Part shown: piece after piece, positions 7,825 to 15,196 of the stretch | Layout of the letters: each line of letters opens with the position of its first letter | Numbering within the stretch: position 1 is the first letter of the stretch | Assembly: GCA_034440375.1 (NCBI GenBank) | Contig: JAWXBZ010000082.1 | Location: 1-17,820 of the forward strand | Origin: Candidatus Eiseniibacteriota bacterium | Lineage (GTDB): Bacteria > Eisenbacteria > RBG-16-71-46 > JABDJR01 > JAWXBZ01 | Direction: 5' to 3' | DNA: 17,820 nucleotides | Position numbers and translations under genes: made by a program | The notes under the pieces: model-generated | The model's input: the letters and a program-made list of their open reading frames with translations, nothing else | Told to the model about the DNA's origin: nothing | Database searches by the model: none

Positions 7825-8745
7825 CTAGAAGTTGAGTGCGAACATTCGTCGGAATCCTTCGGCGAAACTGGCCATGCCGCCGCCTCCAAAGTTTCCGAAG
7901 GTCATGAGCAGGCAACCCACCACGATCGAGAACATGGCCAGTGCCTTGCCGACATCCTGCCCGCGCAGGCTGCCGAGCATCCGGAGGTCGCGGGAAAGGT
8001 AAGCGCTGGCGGCAAAGAGTTCCTCGCCGATCAACGTGTAGTCGCAGGCGGCCACGAAGAAGGGAAGTTGGGTTGGCTGTGCCGTTCCAGCCACCTGGAT
8101 CGCTCCGATCGAGTTGCCGGTTTCCGCCAGCACCAGCGATTCGGCGAAGAACGCGCCAAGGTAGAAGCAGGCCGCCGGTTTTTCCCGCAGCATGAAACCG
8201 TCCAGAGCGGCGACATAGCCGAACTGCTCGTCCGTGACGTAATAAACCATGTCATCTCGAAAGAGGTCGGGCCGGCCTGCCGCCTGGTAAGACTGCTTTA
8301 CGACTTCCCGGGCGGTGGCCATGACGAGCGATCGCGACGTTGGCACCGTCAGCGATGTTTCATACTCGGCTGTCTTGCGGGCAACCGCTGACAGGATCGT
8401 GAGACCCGCCACCGTCTGGACATTGTCCATGTCCTGATTTCCCGGCACGAACAGAACTGTCTTGCCCATCTCGGTGGCCCGGCCGACCGCCTCTTCGACC
8501 GCGGTGATGGCCGCGATCTTCCGGATATAGAATTCGCGCCCCCGTCCGGCCTGCAGGGTAAAGATCAGGATGGCCGCTGAAACGATGACGGTGAGAACGA
8601 GAAGATTGACCTTTCCCGCATTGAACCAGGGAGAGGGAACGGCGGCCGCATCCTGGGCCAGCGCGGCCGTGGCCAGGGGCAGATGAATCAGGAGGGTGCC
8701 GAGGAGAAACGCGGCCGATTTCTTGAGCCGGACCGGATACGGCAT
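7825..8745 (-). CDS. DUF6754-like membrane protein (gene A)
   Basis: Signal peptide (…ATAALA/QD), TM, then IRKIAAITAVEEAVGRATEMGK...FAESLVLAETG...QLPFFVAACDYTLIGEELFAASAYLS and a C-terminal TM; ATG 8745 with a GAGGGG RBS. DUF name is from recall. Confidence 0.8.
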   Translation of the reverse strand: MPYPVRLKKSAAFLLGTLLIHLPLATAALAQDAAAVPSPWFNAGKVNLLVLTVIVSAAILIFTLQAGRGREFYIRKIAAITAVEEAVGRATEMGKTVLFVPGNQDMDNVQTVAGLTILSAVARKTAEYETSLTVPTSRSLVMATAREVVKQSYQAAGRPDLFRDDMVYYVTDEQFGYVAALDGFMLREKPAACFYLGAFFAESLVLAETGNSIGAIQVAGTAQPTQLPFFVAACDYTLIGEELFAASAYLSRDLRMLGSLRGQDVGKALAMFSIVVGCLLMTFGNFGGGGMASFAEGFRRMFALNF

Positions 8746-8803
8746 CGGACATTCCCCTCGGGTTCGATTCGGACCTTGCCAGCCGGATGTCATGAGCGAG
8801 GTC

Positions 8804-8833
8804 ACAATAAATCGAGCCTGCCACCCGATTCAA
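8804..8833 (-). promoter_or_regulatory. Putative sigma-70 promoter of the four-gene membrane operon
   Basis: TTGAAT (8833-8828), 18-bp spacer, TATTGT (8809-8804) on the minus strand. Confidence 0.45.
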
Positions 8834-8845
8834 CCCCTCGTCGGA

Positions 8846-8851
8846 TAGAAT
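8846..8851 (+). promoter_or_regulatory. -10 element of a probable leaderless transcript
   Basis: TAGAAT-ggacgc-ATG(8858). Confidence 0.55.
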
Positions 8852-8857
8852 GGACGC

Positions 8858-9250
8858 ATGTCGCTCCGGACTGCCGATCATGGCCCGCGTCTGGCCGCTG
8901 CCCTGCGAGCGGGGGCTGTTTACGACTGGATCCTCGGACTGGTCATCCTCACGGCCCACCCGGCGCTCTTCCGGCTATTTCAGACGCCCCGCCCCGATGA
9001 TCTCTTTTTCTTTCGGATGAACGCCCTGGCCCTGTTCCTGCTCGGACTTTTCTATTGGGGGGTGGGGATGGATCCGGTCGGCCGGCGTTGGGCCGTTCGA
9101 CTCGCGGTCTCCTTCCGGTATCTCGGTGGCCTCATCCTCATGATGCTGACGGCTGCCCACCAACCGGAGGGGTGGGCAACCTATGTCGCGTTCGGAGTGG
9201 CCGACCTCGCCTGGGGGACGCTGTGGCTGGTCCTGCTGTCGCGCCAATAA
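8858..9250 (+). CDS. Small four-TM membrane protein of unknown function
   Basis: 130 aa with four hydrophobic helices (GAVYDWILGL, LFLLGLFYW, YLGGLILM, FGVADLAWG); fills the gap between operons. Confidence 0.78.
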   Translation: MSLRTADHGPRLAAALRAGAVYDWILGLVILTAHPALFRLFQTPRPDDLFFFRMNALALFLLGLFYWGVGMDPVGRRWAVRLAVSFRYLGGLILMMLTAAHQPEGWATYVAFGVADLAWGTLWLVLLSRQ

Positions 9251-9283
9251 AAAACCCGCCATCGCAGGGGGACGATAGCGGGT
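9247..9283 (-). terminator. Intrinsic terminator, minus strand
   Basis: Minus strand ACCCGCTATCG-tccccctg-CGATGGCGGGT (11-bp stem with one G-U pair) followed by TTTTTATT; no U-tract on the plus side. Confidence 0.8.
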
Positions 9284-9317
9284 GAACCACCGACCTTCAT
9301 CGGCAGCTGCTTCGGAA
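9247..9317 (-). ncRNA. Candidate sigma-54-dependent small RNA, about 70 nt
   Basis: Bounded by a -24/-12 motif and the terminator; contains a second hairpin, CUGCCGAU-GAAG-GUCGGUGG; no complete ORF inside. Confidence 0.5.
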
Positions 9318-9327
9318 TAAAAAGCAC

Positions 9328-9343
9328 TGCAAGGGGTGTGCCT
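9328..9343 (-). promoter_or_regulatory. Sigma-54 (-24/-12) promoter
   Basis: Minus strand AGGCAC-ACCCC-TTGCA with exact GG-N10-GC spacing, against the consensus TGGCAC-N5-TTGCW. Confidence 0.65.
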
Positions 9344-9550
9344 GAGTCGGTCTACAAATGAAAACCACATAACTCTATCAATTGTAATAAGTTGGAGACC
9401 ACTCCCTGGGCGCTGCCAAAGTCGGGCTGGCAGACAGCTGTAAACTAACTCGACTTTTGGAATCTTGTCAATGTCATCAAACCAGGTGAAATTAACCTAT
9501 CTTATTGCCATAAAATAAGTTGAACTGACACGCTGTTGAACCGTATGGGT

Positions 9551-9564
9551 GTCGAAATTTCGAC
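9551..9564. promoter_or_regulatory. Perfect 14-bp palindrome, candidate activator binding site
   Basis: GTCGAAATTTCGAC, about 240 bp upstream of the predicted sigma-54 start site. Confidence 0.4.
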
Positions 9565-9576
9565 GGGTCTGGCTGG

Positions 9577-10899
9577 CTAATACGGGATAAGGCGGAACCA
9601 GAAGCGGGTCGGATCATCGTCGCCGTCGGTTCGCCGGATGACGTCGAGTCGAATGGCGCGGACCCCGGGAAGCCAAACGTCGCGACGCAGGCCGAGGCCG
9701 ATGGAGGTGCGGGATGCACCATCAAGACTTGGGAGGCGCGTCGAGGAAGCGCCGCGCCCCTCTCCCCAGGTTGTCCCAATATCGACGAAGGGGATGAACT
9801 GCAGATGCAGCAGTTCGAGAAGGGGGATTCGGGCCCGCTTCAGAAGATCGAGGCCGAGCTCATATTCGATGCGAGCCGACAGCCTTCGTCGCCCCGTAAA
9901 TTCCAGCCGTTCGTATCCCCTCAGGTTGCCATCCCCACCCAGGTAAGGTTCCTCCTGGATTGGCGGCGATCCGGCTGTGTTTTGCCCATCCAGGGAGAGT
10001 GAAAGAGTGCCGCCCGGGAGGATCGGGCGGATCGTGATACCGATTTCCTGCGCAGCAAAATCATCGGAAGCCTTTGAGTTTGCCATGCACATCTCGGCTT
10101 CGGCCCGAAGGCTCATCAGGTCACCACCCAGTCGCCAGTCCCCCGCCGCGGTGAGCCCGTTGTGTTTGACCTCGTCGACAACCGGGTTCGGCTGCTCCAT
10201 CGGTGTACCGCCGCCAAGGAGGTGATCGTCGGTCACCGCCTCCGCCGATCGGTCCTCCCGCAGCCAGGCCCCGATTTTGAGTTCACCCTCGCGGCTTCGG
10301 ATCGGGGTCAGCCAGAGGCCTGCCTGTCGGCGCCTGAGGTAGTCCTGCCGGTCCTGTCCGGCCAACAGCGCCAGAAATGCGGACCCGGTTGCAACCGGGT
10401 CGGGGCCAAAGGTCTTCATCCGGTCGAACGCCTCCAGCCGAATCATCGTGCCTGTGCGCCGGCCGCCCGCTGTGAGGACGGCCTGTCCGACCCAACGGTG
10501 CGCCGCGATCGCATAGCCTGCGTCTCCTTTGAATCGCAGACCCCGCGCGATGCGGACGTCCAGTCCGGAGCTGACCCGCGCCCCCTCAACCCGATTGAAC
10601 ATCGACCATCGTCCGGGCGCGACGGCGAGTGAAAAGCCCCCCCGACCGCGAAACGGAACGCCAAGGGAATCAAAATTTCCGCCATCCAGGGCACTGATTC
10701 GCGTGTCCAGCTCCGGCCGGTCGGGGATCCGCGATTCCGGTGAGAGGAGCGAATCGAGTTTCATGCTCTCTCGCGCCAGGACTTGATTCACGTCGGAGGT
10801 GGGGGAGGCATCGGAAGTCGAGGATGGTTCGGCGGCCAGGATCGGCGTGACGGCCGCAAGCCATCCGGCCACCACCCACCAGGTTGTGCGCCGGATCAC
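9577..10899 (-). CDS. Outer-membrane beta-barrel protein (DUF5686 C-terminal-like / Omp85-like)
   Basis: Signal peptide; FNRVEG motif; amphipathic strands; LGGDGNLRGY loop motif; FIPFVDIG; aromatic C-terminus WFRLIPY; GTGA overlap with the upstream stop. Confidence 0.8.
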   Translation of the reverse strand: MIRRTTWWVVAGWLAAVTPILAAEPSSTSDASPTSDVNQVLARESMKLDSLLSPESRIPDRPELDTRISALDGGNFDSLGVPFRGRGGFSLAVAPGRWSMFNRVEGARVSSGLDVRIARGLRFKGDAGYAIAAHRWVGQAVLTAGGRRTGTMIRLEAFDRMKTFGPDPVATGSAFLALLAGQDRQDYLRRRQAGLWLTPIRSREGELKIGAWLREDRSAEAVTDDHLLGGGTPMEQPNPVVDEVKHNGLTAAGDWRLGGDLMSLRAEAEMCMANSKASDDFAAQEIGITIRPILPGGTLSLSLDGQNTAGSPPIQEEPYLGGDGNLRGYERLEFTGRRRLSARIEYELGLDLLKRARIPLLELLHLQFIPFVDIGTTWGEGRGASSTRLPSLDGASRTSIGLGLRRDVWLPGVRAIRLDVIRRTDGDDDPTRFWFRLIPY

Positions 10900-11807
10900 T
10901 CGCTACCCCGATCGAAGATCGACGGGTCCAGTTCTGGATTGAGGCGATAATCGTCGAACGTCATGACAAACTCGATCGAAGCGGGCGCGCCGGCCAGCTG
11001 GACCAGGCCCGTCAGGTCAATTCTCCCCGTGATCCGTTTTTCGAGCCAGCGATCCTCGATGGGTTGCCACTCGCGGGTCAGGAGATCGAGCCCGTCCAGG
11101 GCCCACGCGAACGGCACGTTGGCGAGGACGAACTCCTCACGGACGATCTGGTATCGGGGAGCCAGCAGCCAGAGGCGGCCCCCGGGCAGTTCATCGAAAT
11201 CGGACCTGGGTTCGAACGGGATCTCGAAAACCGCCGTGGAGTCGGTCCGATGGATCGGCCCCTGGAAGAATCGAAACTTGTCGAGCCGCTCCAGATAGAA
11301 GGGTATGTCCTCGATCCGCCTCCGGTTTACATCGACCACGACGCCGTCATCCTCTTCGTCTTCGTCCGGTGGCCGGATCGAACCATCGGCCAACACGGTC
11401 CATGTTGTGTCGAGCACGGCCGCCCCGACCCATCGATCCGGCGCTCGAAAGTAGTTTCGCCGAACCGTCTCCCTGATCTGTGTCCGGGCCTTCCTTCCGG
11501 AGTAGCGAACCACGATGCGGATGCGCCGGGTAAAGGCCATCGTCTCAAGGCCTGCGTATTTTCGCCGCTCGCCGGCAACTGCCTTTCGGAGGATTTCGTG
11601 GAGGTCGACAAGTCGGCCTCCCACGGTCAATTCTCTTATCTCGAGCCGGGGATGCGTGCTGTCGCCCAGTATTTCAGTCCGGCCGGCTCCAGGTGGCTGT
11701 ACCCGAATTTCGTCGGCCTGTGCCCCGGCCGTCCGGCTCGACCCGATCAACAGCAGGGCGAGCAGCCATGAGACACCCGTCTGTCGATACCTATATAGTG
11801 TGGGCAT
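10896..11807 (-). CDS. Secreted protein resembling the N-terminal half of DUF5686 proteins
   Basis: Signal peptide (WLLALLLIG...AGA/QA), EILRKAVAG, VFEIPFEPRS...GRLWL, and a FDDYRLNPELDPSIF end. Start ATG 11807 (or 11810) with AGGAG upstream. Confidence 0.72.
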   Translation of the reverse strand: MPTLYRYRQTGVSWLLALLLIGSSRTAGAQADEIRVQPPGAGRTEILGDSTHPRLEIRELTVGGRLVDLHEILRKAVAGERRKYAGLETMAFTRRIRIVVRYSGRKARTQIRETVRRNYFRAPDRWVGAAVLDTTWTVLADGSIRPPDEDEEDDGVVVDVNRRRIEDIPFYLERLDKFRFFQGPIHRTDSTAVFEIPFEPRSDFDELPGGRLWLLAPRYQIVREEFVLANVPFAWALDGLDLLTREWQPIEDRWLEKRITGRIDLTGLVQLAGAPASIEFVMTFDDYRLNPELDPSIFDRGSE

Positions 11808-11808
11808 C

Positions 11809-12750
11809 ATGCTCCTAGAAGGACGGGTCATCAGCGCCAGAAGCCGAAGCTTCACGGTGGAAACGGCGGACGGCCGATTGACGTGCCGGGTTTTGAAGGG
11901 GTTGCGTAATCGTTTTCCGAATCTGGTCGATCCGGTCGCCGTGGGAGACCTCGTCAAGGTCCGGCGTGGAAACGAGAACGACTCGACCATAGAAGAAGTC
12001 GCTCCGAGGGTCAACAAGATCTCCAGGCCCGCGGTCGGGCGTGAGGACCATGAACAGTTGATCGCGGCGAATCTGGGCCGCGCGGTCATCGTGCAGGCGG
12101 TGGAGCCGCAATGGAAAACATCCACCTGGGATCGCTACCTGGTGATGGCCGCACTCGGTGCCGTGCCGCCGATTCTCGCCCTGAACAAGATCGATCTCGA
12201 TCCCGAGTCGGCTCGCGCTCCTGAATTCGATGTCTACCGGGCGCTGGGAATTCCGGTTCAATCGGTCTCGGCCGTGACCGGCGAGGGGCTGCCCGAGTTG
12301 ATCGGTCACATGGCCGGTGGCATGACGGTCTTCATCGGACCGTCCGGCGTGGGAAAATCAAGTCTCATCAACGCCCTTGGGCCCGGCACGGGCCTTCGAA
12401 CCGGCGAGCTGAGCCGGGGCACCGGAAAGGGGCGCCACACCACCTCATGGACCGAATTGCTCCAGCTCGATCAGGGAATCGAGATCGTCGACAGCCCTGG
12501 GCTTCGGGTTCTCGGCCTGTGGGGCCTTGAAGCACATGAGCTGGCGCCGCTCTTCCCGGAGTTTGCCGGCCTCATCGAGAGCTGCCGTTTTCGCGTCTGC
12601 ACGCACATCCATGAGCCTGACTGCGCAGTTCGGGCAGCCGTGGAATCGGGTGAGGTAGCCGGCTTTCGTTACGAGAGCTTTCTTCGGATTCGGCAGGCGC
12701 TGCTTGACGAGGTGGAGCGACCGCGCGGGGGGCGTGCCCGGCGGCGCTAG
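11809..12750 (+). CDS. rsgA: Ribosome small subunit-dependent GTPase A
   Basis: OB-fold start (EGRVI...VAVGDLV), NKID, GPSGVGKSS, GRHTT, DSPG and the zinc motif CRFRVCTHIHEPDC. Start placed at ATG 11809. Confidence 0.96.
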   Translation: MLLEGRVISARSRSFTVETADGRLTCRVLKGLRNRFPNLVDPVAVGDLVKVRRGNENDSTIEEVAPRVNKISRPAVGREDHEQLIAANLGRAVIVQAVEPQWKTSTWDRYLVMAALGAVPPILALNKIDLDPESARAPEFDVYRALGIPVQSVSAVTGEGLPELIGHMAGGMTVFIGPSGVGKSSLINALGPGTGLRTGELSRGTGKGRHTTSWTELLQLDQGIEIVDSPGLRVLGLWGLEAHELAPLFPEFAGLIESCRFRVCTHIHEPDCAVRAAVESGEVAGFRYESFLRIRQALLDEVERPRGGRARRR

Positions 12751-12786
12751 GAGTTTGCCGGTTGGTGCGGATTCGGCGTGGCGGTA

Positions 12787-13395
12787 CTACTGGAAGTTGG
12801 CTTTTCCGAAGGTGGCGGCCACTTCTGTCTTCCCGGGGATGGGCAAACTGAGGACGCGGTCGTTAGGGAGCCGATAGAGGCGGCGCGAGCGACGACCCCA
12901 GTCGATCGCCTCATCGCGGCTGCCAAACCAGACGTCGGCGCGCAGCGTCCACCGCGGGTGCATCGTGTCCTCGACCTGGAACTGGCCCAGGCCCGGGATT
13001 TCGACCCGGTCGTGAAACGAAAATGGCGCCCCCTGGGTAAACTCACGCAGCATGTCCTGTGACAGTGCAATCACACCGCTCCTGGCCGTCGTGTTGGACG
13101 CGGTGAGACCCGGCGAATCGTCTGTCTCACGGACGCTGCTGCTGTAGCCGGTCACCGTCACCTGGTAGGCCGCATACTGGTCGATCGACTTGCCGGCGGC
13201 GACCGGCAGGACATCCGGGTCGTCCATACAGGGGTTGGCCGGGGTCGGATCGGGATTCAGTGCCGCCTGAGCCCGGGCGGTAAAGGCGGGCCGTCCACCT
13301 CCGGGCAAGGTCAGGCCCGGCCCCCACAATAGGAGGACGGCGCCGAGGGCCAGGACGAAATCGAGCTTTCGACTAATTTTGCGATCGAGTTCCAT
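12787..13395 (-). CDS. 3D-domain (MltA-like) secreted cell-wall protein
   Basis: N-terminal TM or signal; VTVTGYSS..ETD..P..TAS, VIALSQD, VEDTM, ADVWF, AIDWGRR. Start is ATG 13395 or TTG 13419. Confidence 0.85.
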   Translation of the reverse strand: MELDRKISRKLDFVLALGAVLLLWGPGLTLPGGGRPAFTARAQAALNPDPTPANPCMDDPDVLPVAAGKSIDQYAAYQVTVTGYSSSVRETDDSPGLTASNTTARSGVIALSQDMLREFTQGAPFSFHDRVEIPGLGQFQVEDTMHPRWTLRADVWFGSRDEAIDWGRRSRRLYRLPNDRVLSLPIPGKTEVAATFGKANFQ

Positions 13396-13444
13396 GCTGC
13401 TGGCCCAATGGAAAACCAACTGCCGCCTGAATGACGACCCAGAA

Positions 13445-13474
13445 AGGTTAGGTGCGTTGGGGGGGGGGTGTCAA
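13445..13474 (-). promoter_or_regulatory. Sigma-70 promoter with a poly-C10 spacer (3D-domain gene)
   Basis: TTGACA (13474-13469), CCCCCCCCCCAACGCACC (18 bp), TAACCT (13450-13445). Confidence 0.65.
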
Positions 13475-13615
13475 CCTTCAACAGGCCAATGCCTTCCTTC
13501 CACCAGCTGACCATTGTCTTCGGCATCCGATCGGTCACGGCCCCTGACATTTTTCACCCATATTCCGCAATTCTGACGTTTTAGCTGCAACTCAAATAAT
13601 TACAGTGGCTTCGGG

Positions 13616-13644
13616 TTGACATCTCGCAACTGATTAAACATGAT
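13616..13644 (+). promoter_or_regulatory. Sigma-70 promoter of the agmatinase-XRE-XRE operon
   Basis: TTGACA (13616-13621), 17-bp spacer, CATGAT (13639-13644). Confidence 0.6.
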
Positions 13645-13723
13645 TGAGCGTAAATTTCCATTATTCACCGTGCCGTTGGTCCGGTCCGGGGTCGGTGCCG
13701 GACCAGTTCGAGGAGGAAACGCA

Positions 13724-14617
13724 GTGCTTCCCAGGCCGAGAATTCATGTCGAGCCGCCCATGAATTTCGGTGGATTGCCGTCGGAGGAGTCCCTCTTCGA
13801 GACTTCCCCACTGGTCATCCTGCCGATTCCGCTGGAACAGACCACGTCCTATCGCGGCGGGACGAAGGATGGACCGGCGGCGCTCATCCATGCCTCACGG
13901 TTCATGGAATTGGCCGATTGGGAGACCGGCGATGTCCCGGCAACCCGTGGCATCCATACCCTCCCGGCCCTCGAGCCGCGGGCCTCGGGGCCGGCGGAGA
14001 GCCTCGACCAGATCGAGGCCACTTCGCGCTGGCTGCTCGACTCGGGGAAGCTGATCGGCAGCCTGGGCGGTGAGCACAGCCTCACCTTCCCGATCGTCAG
14101 GGCCTACAAGGACTTGTATCCGGATCTGTCTGTGCTTCAGCTCGACGCCCATGGCGACCTGCGGGCCACCTACCATGGATCTGAGTTCAGCCATGCGTCG
14201 GTCATGCGCCGCATCGTTGGAATCGGCGTTCCAACCGTGGGGCTGGGCATCCGCAGCGTCTGCGAGGAGGAGATCGAACTTATCCGGGATCGTCGGCTGG
14301 CTCGCTATTCCGGTCGTGACCTGGTTCGCCGGCGTGTTCCCCTCGAGACCATGCTTCGAGATCTGACCGGGACGGTGTATGTCACGCTCGACCTCGACGG
14401 TTTCGATCCGTCGGAGGCACCCGGCGTCGGGACACCGGAGCCGGGCGGATTCGGTTGGTTTGACTTTCTGGAAATCATCGAGGCGTTGAAGGGACGACGC
14501 CTCGTCGGCTTCGACGTGGTCGAATTGATGCCGATCGCCGGTCAATCGGTCAGCGAATTTCTGGCCGCCAAGGCCGCGTATGTGCTTGCCTCCACCCTCC
14601 TTCGCGGCGTGATTTGA
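13724..14617 (+). CDS. speB: Agmatinase (ureohydrolase family)
   Basis: TTSYRGGTKDGP, GGEHS, LDAHGDLR, SHAS, DLDGFDPS, PGVGTPEPGG and FDVVEL motifs; GTG 13724 after AGGAGG. Confidence 0.9.
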   Translation: MLPRPRIHVEPPMNFGGLPSEESLFETSPLVILPIPLEQTTSYRGGTKDGPAALIHASRFMELADWETGDVPATRGIHTLPALEPRASGPAESLDQIEATSRWLLDSGKLIGSLGGEHSLTFPIVRAYKDLYPDLSVLQLDAHGDLRATYHGSEFSHASVMRRIVGIGVPTVGLGIRSVCEEEIELIRDRRLARYSGRDLVRRRVPLETMLRDLTGTVYVTLDLDGFDPSEAPGVGTPEPGGFGWFDFLEIIEALKGRRLVGFDVVELMPIAGQSVSEFLAAKAAYVLASTLLRGVI

Positions 14618-14618
14618 C

Positions 14619-15185
14619 ATGGCGGCCCCCAACGGCGCAGCCCTCGGTCGGCGCATTCGCAGCCTTCGGATCGAGAAGGGGCTGACCCTGAAGCAAATCG
14701 AGGCCCGGGTGGGTATTTCGGCAACACACGTCTCCGAGGTCGAGCGAGGCCGGACTTCCCCGACCGTCGGTGCGCTGGCCCGTATCGCAGAGGCCCTGGG
14801 GGTCCGCCCATCTCATCTCATCGATTTTCCGGTCGGAAAGCCTCAGACGATCTCCCGGCGGGGGAGTCGCCTCCAACTGGCCGCCCCCGACGGTCGGGCC
14901 AGTTCGGATGTGCTCATCCCCGCTGACCCCGAAGCCGAGGTGAGCATGTTTCTGGTGACACTGGCGCCCGGATTCACCGAGGGGGTTCCGGGCGAATCCC
15001 GGATCGGCGACAAGATATTTCGCATCATCGAAGGAGAGGCCGACCTCGAACTCGGCGACCAGGTTCACCGGCTCGTTCCGGGGGACACGATTCAATTTAG
15101 ATCGAATGTTTCGCACCGCTTGATCAACCGTTCCTCTTCGGTCTGTCGCTTGCTCTGGGTAATGTGGCCCCGGATGACCATTTGA
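14619..15185 (+). CDS. XRE-family HTH plus cupin transcriptional regulator (PuuR/SutR-like)
   Basis: LTLKQIEARVGISATHVSEVERGRTSPTVGAL HTH; C-terminal cupin (LVPGDTIQF..SHRLIN). Confidence 0.9.
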   Translation: MAAPNGAALGRRIRSLRIEKGLTLKQIEARVGISATHVSEVERGRTSPTVGALARIAEALGVRPSHLIDFPVGKPQTISRRGSRLQLAAPDGRASSDVLIPADPEAEVSMFLVTLAPGFTEGVPGESRIGDKIFRIIEGEADLELGDQVHRLVPGDTIQFRSNVSHRLINRSSSVCRLLWVMWPRMTI

Positions 15186-15196
15186 GGAAGAGGGAA

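Noticed and set aside
8975-9779. Minus-strand ORFs 8975-9370 and 9492-9779 crossing the AT-rich spacer
   Set aside because: They overlap real genes, cross the terminator or regulatory motifs, and lack protein-like features.
11515-12125. Extended mutual overlap of the 411-aa and 409-aa ORFs
   Set aside because: Both extensions are antisense read-through; homology or the signal peptide begins at 11809 and 11807.
13640-13723. ATG 13640 as the agmatinase start
   Set aside because: It lies inside the predicted -10 box; GTG 13724 has a strong AGGAGG RBS.
13650-13723. Guanidine riboswitch ahead of a ureohydrolase
   Set aside because: No twin ACGR-loop hairpins or other class consensus recognisable by eye; an Rfam search would settle it.
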